A DNA stretch of 64,000 nt, taken from assembly GCA_008632985.1 (NCBI GenBank), contig QPGO01000005.1, positions 827,607-891,606 of the forward strand, given 5' to 3'. Origin of the DNA: Psammoneis japonica (lineage: Eukaryota). The notes under the pieces were generated by a model. It saw only the letters and a program-made list of their open reading frames with translations. It did not search any database and was not told the origin of the DNA. The translations under genes were made by a program, and so were the position numbers. Shown here piece after piece: positions 24,326-35,444 of the stretch. Within the stretch, counting starts at the first letter, position 1, and the number at the start of each line of letters is the position of its first letter.

Positions 24326-27300
24326 CTCCCCAGTTTGCTTGAGGAGCCACAGAAACAGATTCGACTTCGGATGGAATGAAGTTCCAGAACATGAGGGGGC
24401 GGAGAAGGTCCCAGATTTGGGAGCAACCCCAATGCTTGCTGAGAATGTCAGCAGGGTTGCGGGAGCCTTCGATGAAGTGGAACTCAAGGTAACCAGAGGC
24501 AATTGCCTCACGCACACGGTGGAACGACAGTGCGGTGTGTCGCTTGTGTAACTTGGAGTGCGGGATGGTGGCACTGTCTACAACCGACTTGTTGTCACCG
24601 AACATGTAACTAACGTTACAGATCGGGACGCCAAGGCAGCGCAGGGTGATGCGCAGGTCGACAATCTGCTCAACACAAGTCCTTGCGGCAACAAATTCAG
24701 ACCCGCAGGTCGCAGTCTCCACGGTGGCTTGTTTCTTAGAGAACCAATCAGCCGGGAATTTGTTGAGGAAGTGGAGCATTCCCATGACAGAGCGTCCGGT
24801 GAGCATGCAATGGTGCAAGTTTGCATCGACGTAGTGGGTGGCAGTGACGAACTTGCCAAGGGGCGGTGGAGCGTCCTTCGGGATCATCTCTTCTGCTTCA
24901 CCACACACGGAATGCATCCATTCACAGGCCGGAGCAGGGAGATCCGAACAGTCGGGCTCTTCCGTACGAACGCGGAGAGCACCGTGTCGCATCTTGGAGA
25001 GGTGCCCACAGACGCGTTTGGCACGATCCAAGTGGCCTTGACGGGGCGCAGCTCGGAAGCTAGAGAGTGACATGACAGCCGTGGCAATGTCAATTCGACC
25101 AAGGGACACTGCCCATTGGAGTGAACCAACAAGAGACTGGAACTTGTGAATGCCATCGGGTCCCAGCAGTTCGGAAGTGTCCAGTTCGGGGTGGTCACCC
25201 TTCTCTAGAGGTGACAGGGCGTTGGTGGCAGGTTTCTCCCCAAACAGTCGGGCATGGCTGTCGACCATGCGCTCGATGTACTTGCGCGGAGACAGGCACA
25301 AGGTTCCGTCGGGTTCCCGGGAAAAGTCGCAACCCAGATGGAACTCAATGGGTCCCGTGCCCTTGAGCTTGAACTTGTGCTTTTCCGTGAGAGTGTCGAC
25401 GAAAGATTGAGGGTCCTTCATGGCAATGGCGAGGTCATCCACATAAACGGCAATGTGTTCACAGTGGTCGCCGTTCCTGCGCATCCAAATGTCGGGTTCG
25501 GCGCGGCAGGGGAAGAAGCCTTCAGCTCGCAGGCAGTCGGCGAAGCGCTCGTGCCAGCGGAGACCGGAGCTGCGCAGTCCACACAGTGCCTTGTGGATGA
25601 CAAGGATGTGTCCTTCGAGTTTGCCGAACTCGGGTCCAGCTACAATGTAAAGCTTCTCCTTGGTGGTGGCTTCAAGGCAGGCATTGCCAATGTCGGTGGC
25701 CCATGTCTCCAACTCGTTGAGTTCGGCCAGGAAAATCATCAGCCGAAGGCCACGGAGGGAGACCACTCCGGAGCAGACACTGTCAACAGGTACGTCCGTG
25801 AGGTGCCCGTCGGCTACGAGTCGTGCCTTGTGGCGACCGTCGTGTTTCACATCGTACACCAGGTGCACTCGGATCTTCTTGTGTCCCGCAGGAGGAGTGG
25901 AAGACTTGAAGGGCCCGCAGTCATGGAAGACTTCACATTCGTCGAGTTGGTCCATCTCGAGATTGGTTGCGTCTCCCCACTTGCGGTTGCCGTTGCGTTC
26001 GTCCAGTGACATGGCGTGTTTGTAGTTCCGGGGAACTTCGCATCCATGCTTGTAGCAGGGTGCAGTGCGGAAGGAGCGAAGCTTGGCTTGGTTGGCCATG
26101 CGAAATAGCTTCTTTTGGCGCCTCGCGATGGTGCGGAACCGCTTCCAGCCATCCGTGTCGAGGAGTCCGTTCTCTCGTGCATGGATGGCACAGGTGACGG
26201 GGTCGTCCTTGGCGATGATGGCAAGAGGCTCGGACGTGATCTCCCCACTTTCCCATTCAAGCATGATGTTGTAGCTGGAGCCTTTCCAGGTTGGGTCGTG
26301 AGGCTTCAGAGGTCCTTCGTGTGACACGATGCGTCGAAATTTCCAAACAGTGGTGTCTTCGTCTTCTTGCTCAATGTGATTCATGATGTCATTGTGGGCA
26401 AGGACTTCCTCGTATTCGTCATTGTTGACAGAGCAGACGAACTCAGTGAGCTCGGGATTGCCGTTCACTTTCCATTCGTGGTCTTCGACGGCCTTGACGA
26501 TGCGAGCTCTGTGGCGTTGTCCGTCCTCTTGTGGCTGCATGAGGAAGGTGCGTCCAATGATGTCTTGCGGATCGAAAACTGGCATCTTGGGTGTCCTGAT
26601 CTCCCCATCAGGAGAGTCGACGGGGTTGTCGTCATGGCGAGATTTGATGATGGGTTCAGGTGGCTCCCCATCAGGAGGATCAAGACGCAGGTTTCGAACG
26701 GCAGGATCGGGGGTAGCGGAGCGGACGTTGGACCGGCAGAGGATCTTCTGAGTCTCGTCAGATAGAATCTTGAAGGTCATCTGGTGGCCGACGTGCTCAG
26801 CAATGCCAACGAAGCGTCCACGCAACTCACGGGATTCAGACGGCCAATCGGAGTCATCGAGGTGGAAGTACACGGGTTCCCACCAGTGAAAGCGAAGCAA
26901 TGGGCTGATGTCCGGGGTGGAGCCAGTGAGAGTCTCGAGGGGCGTGCGCCAGTGGAGACGTGGGGACGCTGCATGGTTGAGGATGAAGCACACGTGCATG
27001 AGCGCCAGCAGCCATGTGTGGGCGGGCGAACCAAAACGATCCATGACAGTGTTTGCCATGCGCTTCACGGTCTGGCATCGACGCTCGGCAAAGTTTTGGT
27101 GTTGCTGGTGAGGCTCACTTTGCCAGCTAGAGATGAAGAGGGCACGCAGGATCCCGAGCACTTTGTTGCTGATCTCAACTTGAGCACGGTCGCTAATGAG
27201 TTTGGATGGGGCACCACGTGCACGGATCTGATCCTCGAGTGTGTTGACAAACTCTTTGTCCGTCTTAGTGCCGCAGACGTCAGTGACGGCAGACTCGGTG

Positions 27301-29388
27301 CCAACAAACAGTTGGGCGCTGGTGCAACCAGAGTCGACGGCCGGGGTGTCGGCATAAACGGTGTCAGNNNNNNNNNNNNNNNNNNNNNNNNNNNNNNNNN
27401 NNNNNNNNNNNNNNNNNNNNNNNNNNNNNNNNNNNNNNNNNNNNNNNNNNNNNNNNNNNNNNNNNNNNNNNNNNNNNNNNNNNNNNNNNNNNNNNNNNNN
27501 NNNNNNNNNNNNNNNNNNNNNNNNNNNNNNNNNNNNNNNNNNNNNNNNNNNNNNNNNNNNNNNNNNNNNNNNNNNNNNNNNNNNNNNNNNNNNNNNNNNN
27601 NNNNNNNNNNNNNNNNNNNNNNNNNNNNNNNNNNNNNNNNNNNNNNNNNNNNNNNNNNNNNNNNNNNNNNNNNNNNNNNNNNNNNNNNNNNNNNNNNNNN
27701 NNNNNNNNNNNNNNNNNNNNNNNNNNNNNNNNNNTCGTCAAACAGGTTGGCAGTGGGATCGTCCTGCAGGTCAGAGATGCGTGCACCACTGGTCGTCGTC
27801 AGTGACAGAGTGATCGAGGACGGAAGGGTCCCATGTGTCATCACCGGTGAGGATGACATGGGGCAGGGTGTCCCATTCGGCGTCAGTGTAAGGTCGCATG
27901 GCAACATGAGGCAGGCCAGCCTTGATGTCAATGGGGATGACATAGCCATCAGGAGTGGCAATGCGTTGCAAGCCGTTGGGCACCTTGACAGAGCGATCGT
28001 TGACATCCTGTTTGCACCATTCGAGCTGGCCGCAGGAATGGATGGTCTTGCCCTTTCCCGTGTGTGCGCACTGATGGAGGATGGCGATGACGGGACCACG
28101 CTGGGTCTCAATGACGGCACCAGCGGTGACAATGGGGATGTCCACCAATTGATGATCGTCAATGCCCTGAACGTCGACTTGGCGAGAGGTGCGTGCAATG
28201 ACGCAAACGTCGTCGCCAGCAATGCCGCCGTTGGCCCCACGATCGACTAGAGCGCCAGTGCGTGTGGATCGATGAGCAGAGGCAGAGTGAATGACATTGT
28301 GGTTGTCAACGCGGCGGCAAGTGCGGCCGTTAAGTTCCATGTTATCTGCAGAAGCTGGCGGGGTAGAGGAAGCGGCGGATGGCCCCGGTCGACTGGCATT
28401 GGGGGCTTGGTTAGGAGACAACAGACGTTGCAGATCACCGGGTGGCAGTGGCTTGCGCTTGGTGAGGTGCGCCAGGATGGGATCATCCGAAGTGGCGTCC
28501 ACATGTGGGGCGGAGTCACCAGAGTCAGCAGGAGTCGTGTTGGACAAGTTGACATCACCGTCACTCCCAAGGCGTTGGTCGTGAAGGTTGGCCGTAACAG
28601 ACTCATGGCAGTTGCTGGCTCGCGGGTTGCGGGGAGGTGGACGAGAATGCTCAAGGATGATCGCCTTGGAGGAATCGGGCAACGAATCCCAGAGCCGTTG
28701 GTGGTCGGGAGGGAGACGTCTCCATTGGACACCGGTGAGGCTGGGACCGCGGGTGCAGGCAGCATTGGCTTGAAGGACGTCAACGTCGCTGTCAATGTCG
28801 TAGAACACATCGTCGGACGGTTCCTCGGAGCAGACGTCGTGTGCGCACATGGCGCGTCGGGGAGCTCGAGGTGTCGTCTTGGGTTGAAACGTGCTGTCGC
28901 ACTGAGCTGCCGCGGAGAGGAGCAAGCCACAGTGTTGATCGCATGTGAGGCTCTTGCCACTCTGCGTACGATGCTGATCAGCTTGGTTCTTGACAGCACG
29001 GAGTTCCTCGACAGGGTGCACGGCATTCTCGAGCATGACGCGCTTCTGTCCTTCAGAGAAGTGGTCACTGGCCGGGATGAGTGCCTCGCACTTGCGCAAC
29101 TGATCTTGCCAATGAAGGATGAACCCGTGGGTCGGACCTTTCCAAGTGCCATCACCAAGACGCGCGGTGGTGAGGTGCGTGAGCAGGGTGGAGGACTCGA
29201 CAGATGCGCGGGTGGAGGCAAGCGCGTGCTCAGACAAGGAGCGGCAGACGGTCTGTGCGTCAGAAGACTCCACATTTTCGCGAATGAGAGCCTTGCCCTT
29301 GTCGGTGAGAAGGATGCGTTCGAAGATGGCGAACATGTGCTTTTGCTGTTCAGCAAAGAGCAGTTTGTCTTCGGGGCTGGTCGGTTTG
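24273..29388 (-). pseudogene. Copia gag-pol, open where sequenced but heavily missense-mutated
   Basis: Protease LVDRGANGG; integrase QQHQNFAERR; RT HKARLVA, DIGNA, AVYVDD; RNase H VDAN, DNKSVV, NPADILSK. Gaps at 27368-27734 and 29389-30149. Confidence 0.9.
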
Positions 29389-30700
29389 NNNNNNNNNNNN
29401 NNNNNNNNNNNNNNNNNNNNNNNNNNNNNNNNNNNNNNNNNNNNNNNNNNNNNNNNNNNNNNNNNNNNNNNNNNNNNNNNNNNNNNNNNNNNNNNNNNNN
29501 NNNNNNNNNNNNNNNNNNNNNNNNNNNNNNNNNNNNNNNNNNNNNNNNNNNNNNNNNNNNNNNNNNNNNNNNNNNNNNNNNNNNNNNNNNNNNNNNNNNN
29601 NNNNNNNNNNNNNNNNNNNNNNNNNNNNNNNNNNNNNNNNNNNNNNNNNNNNNNNNNNNNNNNNNNNNNNNNNNNNNNNNNNNNNNNNNNNNNNNNNNNN
29701 NNNNNNNNNNNNNNNNNNNNNNNNNNNNNNNNNNNNNNNNNNNNNNNNNNNNNNNNNNNNNNNNNNNNNNNNNNNNNNNNNNNNNNNNNNNNNNNNNNNN
29801 NNNNNNNNNNNNNNNNNNNNNNNNNNNNNNNNNNNNNNNNNNNNNNNNNNNNNNNNNNNNNNNNNNNNNNNNNNNNNNNNNNNNNNNNNNNNNNNNNNNN
29901 NNNNNNNNNNNNNNNNNNNNNNNNNNNNNNNNNNNNNNNNNNNNNNNNNNNNNNNNNNNNNNNNNNNNNNNNNNNNNNNNNNNNNNNNNNNNNNNNNNNN
30001 NNNNNNNNNNNNNNNNNNNNNNNNNNNNNNNNNNNNNNNNNNNNNNNNNNNNNNNNNNNNNNNNNNNNNNNNNNNNNNNNNNNNNNNNNNNNNNNNNNNN
30101 NNNNNNNNNNNNNNNNNNNNNNNNNNNNNNNNNNNNNNNNNNNNNNNNNCTCACGAGCGGAGCAGCGGGTTGCAAACCCCTGCAGGTGAGCTGACTGGAG
30201 GTGGACAAGACCCCCGAACCGTTCTCATTTTATGTCGGTTGGATTTCCTGATCAGGCTGGCCAGTTGACGCAGGCGTTGGGCGCTGTGGACGAACGAACA
30301 AACGCGGGAAAGCACCCTCGCCCCAACGCAGGCTGCAACCACGGTCCTTGGCCGTGAAGATGTGTACACACGTGTGTCTTCAGCGACGAAGATCCTTGAA
30401 TGTGTGGGGTTCTTGACCGTCAACCGATGAACAGGCACATCAAGGGATGAGGATCAAGGATGGGCTTGGATATGACCGTTGAATGTATGTCTTCAGCGAT
30501 CAAAGGAGCACAATCAATCCAGATATCCAGCGGTAAGGAGACTTGACGGTGACGTTAACTTCCTGCCGATGCCCTGGCATTGAATGCGCGTAGACTTGCC
30601 GATGTATGTAGAATATACACGGAGGTCCACGTAGAATTAAAAATAGCGTCGTTGGTAAATCAACGACGACGATGGCGGTTGCTCAATGGGTTGACAATGA

Positions 30701-30715
30701 GCAAGACTGTTAATC
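30701..30715 (-). promoter_or_regulatory. Putative primer-binding site complementary to the tRNA-Asn anticodon arm
   Basis: GATTAACAGTC directly follows the 5' LTR on minus; the same sequence is at 32701 in the second element. Confidence 0.55.
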
Positions 30716-30991
30716 TGACAGAAAATGAAGGCAAATGGCAAGAATTCAAACAATAACTCCTTACTGCTGTCTAAATGGCAGATGAGTCTCCGCTCAGAGA
30801 CCGTTGCAGGAGCCGAAAGACGTGCAAGTCGGTATAATCGGGCTACTGTTATTATTCTTGTGAGCCTTGTGGCTCGAAAGCAAACTACATCGCGCGTGAA
30901 CGCGCGGAACTAAAGCACACAAAACTGTGCACGGTAAACTAAACAGCGCGCGATGCTTCGCGCGCACCTAAATCCTGTTCAAATCCTGTCA
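30716..30991 (-). repeat. Copia 5' LTR (least mutated copy)
   Basis: Keeps TA at sites where the other three copies have TG or CA. Confidence 0.95.
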
Positions 30992-33653
30992 TGTCAACTG
31001 CGCACACAAAGCCAAAGTCACAAGCTCTTTTGTTTCTGGACAAAGCACTCTGCGCAGCTGATGATGTCATGTCACACTCATCAGCTTGCCACCAGCTGTT
31101 GCTGTGATGTGTGCCCATCCCAGACAGGCAAGAAACTTTTCAACCAACAATCCAAAAAGCTTTTTTGTGAACTTCTGCACGTCATCATCGTGCGCATTTG
31201 GCACAAGGTCCATGTGAGGTGGTCAAGCTCTGAAACAAAGGCACTTTTTTATGTCTCACACCACAAATTGTGCACACCAAAAGCTGTGCCATGCCGCCAC
31301 CATGAGCTCTCTCACTCACAAACCAGTGAACACCTGAGCCAGGAGAAGGCAAGGGCACAGCAGCAATGGGCAAGCAAGCAAGACTGTGATTGATGCAACA
31401 GAGTTTGTGGCATGTTGATTTGTGCTGTTTGTGGGGCCTTGTGTCAAGCTGTTTGACTTGCAGCATTTGCTTTTTTTCTCTTCTTCTCAGATTTTGCAGC
31501 AGCATTTTTCACAACACTCACTGCTGCTGACTTGTTGCCAGTGCTGAAGTGATTTTCCAACAATGCAGCACTTTTGCTTGTGATGACTTTTCATGTTTGG
31601 TTGTGTGAGCACCAAAAGAGTGCCATTGCTCAGCTTTGAGGGTGTGTGCAATGCTCAGAATAAAACCAGTTGCCTGACAAAACATGGGACAATGACACAT
31701 TGGCAACATCTCAGGTTTGCAGCCACTTTGCTTCCTTGCAGGAGGGCAGGGGCAAGTTTCTCACTTGACAGCAGAAGTTTTGCCAACATTTTGTCGTGTC
31801 ATCTGTTTTTGCCTCCCCTGAAATCACTCGGATGCTCCACAGTTGTCAAACTTTGATGGCTCTGTCATTTCAAAGAGATGTGTTGCGCGCAACTTGCTTG
31901 AAACACCTCCTGTGTTTGTCAAGATGAACTCACCAATCTTTGAGGCAACTGACAACATGTGCAAAGCACAAGTGTGAAGTCAGCCCCCTCAATTTTTCTC
32001 ACACACAAGAAATGAACCAGAGCAGCAGCACCGCTCTCTTTTTGGAACAAGCTCTTTGTGCACAATGAAGAGTGCAATGAAAGAAACAGCAAAACAGCCT
32101 TCACAAATGCACCCAAAAAAACAACATGCACTGCAACATTGTTTTCTTGCCAAAAATTGCCTTCTGAAGATCTTCCTTTTGTTGCTTGCACTTTCCAGGC
32201 AATGAGCAGAATGAGGGCTGGCATTAAAAAAAAATGGATCTGAGGAAACAAGCAAAGAAAGATTGAGGAAAGTTTGTCTGATTTGCTCAAACAAAATGCA
32301 CTGTGATGGAAGAAGGATGGCACAAGAGTGCCTGACTTTGGCACATGTGTTTCTCACCTGGAGTGAAAACACACCCCACAAGAGGAGGGCAACATGAGAT
32401 TTGCCGGTGCCCCCCCATGCTCTCTGACAGGATTTGAACAGGATTCAGGTGCGCGCGAAATGTCGCGCGCTGTTTAGTTTGCCGCGCACAGTTTTGTGTG
32501 CCTTGGTTCCGTGCGTTCGTGCGCGATGCAGTTTGCTTTCGAGCCACAAGGCTCACAAGAACAACAACAGCAGCCCGATTGTGCCGACTCACACGTCTTT
32601 CGGCTCCTGCAACGGTCTCTGAGCGGAGACTCATCTGCCATTTAGACAGCAGTGAGGAGTCATTGTTTGAATTCTTGCCATTTGCCTTCAATTTCTGTCA
32701 GATTAACAGTCTTGCTCATTGTCAACCCATTGAGCAACCGCCATCATCGTCGTTGATTTGCCGACGACGCCACCTCAATTCTGCGTGGACCTCCGTGTGT
32801 GTTCTACATGCATCGGCAAGTCTGCGCGCATTCAATGCCAGGCATCGGCAGGAATTTAACGTCACCGTCAAGTTTCCTTGCCGCTGGACATCTGGATTGA
32901 TTGTGCTGCCTTGGATCACTGAAGACATGCACTCAACGGTCACATCCAAGTCTGTCCTTGATCCTCATCCCTTGACACACCCATTCAACGGTTAACGGTC
33001 AAGAACCCCACACATTCAAGGATCTCCGTCGCTGAAGACACACGTGTGTGCACATCTTCACGGCCAAGGACTTGAACCCACCCTTTGGACTGCGGCTTTG
33101 CTGCCACTCTACAAGCACGCCGAGTCTGTTGCACCTGATCTGCCCCGGACTGCTGGTGCTCCACAGTTCTGCCAGGTCCACGAGGACAACTGTGAGAGCA
33201 AGCAGCCGTGATTGCAGCCTGCGTTGGGGCGAGGGTGTTTTCCCGCGTTTGTTCGTTCGTCCACAGCGCCTGACGCCTGCGTCAACTGGCCAGCCTGATC
33301 GGGAAATCCAACCGACACAAAATGAGAACGGTTTGGGGGTCTTGCCCACCTCCAGTCAGCTTGCCTGCAGGGGTTTGCAACCCGCTGCTCCGCTCGTAAG
33401 CAACCCAAAGCGCCGCTGGCTGCGGGTTCGGATGTGCCGGCACAACTCTACGGACCGGATGGGAAGTTTAGCACTTGACAATGAATGGGGTGGCACAGCC
33501 CGGCGACTTCTGATTTTAAGACAGTCCAAGATTTCAAGTCAAGTCTAGCTCAAGTCAAGTCTTTTTCAAGCCAAGTTCCAAGTCAAAACTCCGAGTCAAG
33601 ATCGTGCTCTAGATTGGTTCCTGTCTTTTGTTTCTGCTGCACCGTCCTCCGTC

Positions 33654-35444
33654 ATGGTTCTCACGCAACAGCAACAAACCGAAAGCTTCAAATGCATTCT
33701 AGGCACTGTGCTCAATCAAGACGATGACAGCCCTCTTCGTTCTGCCCTGTCCATCAACGGGATTGAATCGTGCGAGGAATTGTTCACGTTCTTACCCACC
33801 CAAATTGATGCCCTCACTCACAGAGACGGCGCCAATGCAGTGCCTTTGCCACGGACCCACAGAAACCTCCTAGCAGCTTTGATCAGCTTCTACTTTGTCA
33901 AAGTTTGCAACGGTGATGATGTGACCAATGAACCCCAGTTGCTCACACCCGAGGAATTTCGCAACTGCCGCCTTGGTCCGGACTGCTTGACCTCTCTAGC
34001 CACTGGCACAGCACCCTCTGCACCTGTGCCCAGTCCCTTGCCATCCAAACCAGATGAACCCAGTGCCATTTTGACACCAGCCTTGCACTGTGCCACCACT
34101 CAGGTGTCCCCCAGAAGTGGTGTCAGTCGTGCCCCGCATGTCTTGACCAACCCGCCTGCAAGCAACCTCGGCCCAGTGCAGGATTGCAGCCCTTGCACAG
34201 GCCTGCACTTCAAGACCAGTTGGGACACTCCACCCATGGCTTCCAAAGCTGCAGTCTTTGCACCCCGCAAACCACGTGCTGCCAACCTCCACGTGTCGAC
34301 TTCTGTCGCTGTCACCCTTCACAGTCTTCGTTTGGGAAGTGATGGAGGTGACAACTTGCTTCTCGCATCTCCTGATGGGGAGCCTCCTTTTCCCGTCATT
34401 GAATCTGTTCACAACAGTTCAACTGGTTCATCAGATGGGGAGTTCAGGACATCCAAGCAGCTTCATTGTCTTCGGATCCTCCAAGCATTGCACCATGAGA
34501 CTGGGCCTCCTGATTGGATGCCCCAAGTCTCGCACCTCGAGACCAGGCCTCCTGATTGGATGCCTCAAGTCTCGCACCTCGAGACTGGGCCTCCTGATTG
34601 GATGCCCCAAGTCTCGTGCCTCGAGACCAGGTCTCCTGATTGGATGTCCCAAGTCTCGCACCTCGAGACCAGGCCTCCTGATTGGATGCCTCAAGTCTCG
34701 TGCCTCGAGACTGGGCCTCCTGATTGGATGCCCCAAGTCTCGTGCCTTGAGACCAGGCCTCCCAACTGGACTCTCCACGTCTCGTGCCTCAAGACCGGGC
34801 CTCCCAATTGGATCCTCCACGTCTCACACCTCAAGACTCGGCCTCCGGATTGGATCCCTCAAGTCTTGTGCCACGAGACTCGGCCTCCTGATTGGATCCC
34901 CCAAGTCTCGCACCTCAAGACTTGGCCTCCTGATTGGATCCCCGAAGACTCGTGTCACAACACTGGCAAGTCCTTTTGGATCCCAGAAGTCTTGCAGCAC
35001 GGGACTGGTTGCCCCAATCAGACATCTGCAGCCTTGCACCACAAGATGTCTTGCTCCAATCCGATCCCCGAAGGCTTGCACCTTGAGACTCTTTTCTCCA
35101 ATTGGATCAGTCTCTCAGGAGATGCAGTCGGATTGGTGGAACACAAGACCACCGCTTGTGCCTTTGAACTGATGCTTGCTCTGTTCCCCGAGTCGTGCAA
35201 ACGCCATGCCACCTGCAATGTTGCCCCACCGTTCAACATTGTCAACCAGACCAAGCTTTGCTCCTTCCATTGCAAGCGCGGATGTGGAATCCCACAAGAT
35301 CCCAAGTGTGCCTTGAGCTTTGAAAAGCACAACGGCATCTGCAATTGGGGAGACGCAGCTCATCTCAAGATGACCCACTTGGAGAATGCAACGTTGCTCT
35401 CGGATCTTGATCCTTTCTTGTCTCCTCATGTTTTGGTGCTTTGA
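33654..35444 (+). CDS. Gag-like mosaic protein with 14-aa tandem repeats (element-encoded, possibly non-functional)
   Basis: 596-aa ORF with short blocks homologous to the neighbouring gag-pol (RLGSDG, PDGEPP..I.S.H, KL.SF...NG...WGDA). Confidence 0.6.
   Translation: MVLTQQQQTESFKCILGTVLNQDDDSPLRSALSINGIESCEELFTFLPTQIDALTHRDGANAVPLPRTHRNLLAALISFYFVKVCNGDDVTNEPQLLTPEEFRNCRLGPDCLTSLATGTAPSAPVPSPLPSKPDEPSAILTPALHCATTQVSPRSGVSRAPHVLTNPPASNLGPVQDCSPCTGLHFKTSWDTPPMASKAAVFAPRKPRAANLHVSTSVAVTLHSLRLGSDGGDNLLLASPDGEPPFPVIESVHNSSTGSSDGEFRTSKQLHCLRILQALHHETGPPDWMPQVSHLETRPPDWMPQVSHLETGPPDWMPQVSCLETRSPDWMSQVSHLETRPPDWMPQVSCLETGPPDWMPQVSCLETRPPNWTLHVSCLKTGPPNWILHVSHLKTRPPDWIPQVLCHETRPPDWIPQVSHLKTWPPDWIPEDSCHNTGKSFWIPEVLQHGTGCPNQTSAALHHKMSCSNPIPEGLHLETLFSNWISLSGDAVGLVEHKTTACAFELMLALFPESCKRHATCNVAPPFNIVNQTKLCSFHCKRGCGIPQDPKCALSFEKHNGICNWGDAAHLKMTHLENATLLSDLDPFLSPHVLVL
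34497..34958 (+). repeat. 42-bp tandem repeat, about 11 units plus a degenerate tail to ~35110
   Basis: Unit GAGAC(TG/CA)GGCCTCCTGATTGGATGCCCCAAGTCTCG(CA/TG)CCTC, encoding ET(G/R)PPDWMPQVS(H/C)L. Confidence 0.95.

Larger units (their letters stand above)
24051..30991 (-). mobile_element. Ty1/Copia (CoDi-like) LTR retrotransposon, full length, with two N-gaps
   Basis: LTRs of 275-276 bp (TGACAG...CTGTCA), 5-bp TSD TGTCA (24046-24050 and 30992-30996), PPT at 24326-24336, domain order gag-PR-IN-RT-RH. Confidence 0.96.

Noticed and set aside
24273..27161. Alternative genetic code explaining Tyr->Cys/His
   Set aside because: Host genes use Tyr normally, and the changes also hit non-coding LTRs and Leu/Val/Ile codons.
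26784..30208. Long ORFs containing X runs
   Set aside because: They are artefacts of the N-gaps at 27368-27734 and 29389-30149, or antisense shadows of gag-pol.
24051..30991. ADAR-type RNA editing or RT error as the source of A->G
   Set aside because: Changes occur on both strands and differ between sister LTRs, and a probable DNA element is also affected.
34497..35110. CRISPR-like array
   Set aside because: The units are contiguous 42-bp coding repeats with no unique spacers and no cas genes, in a eukaryotic context.
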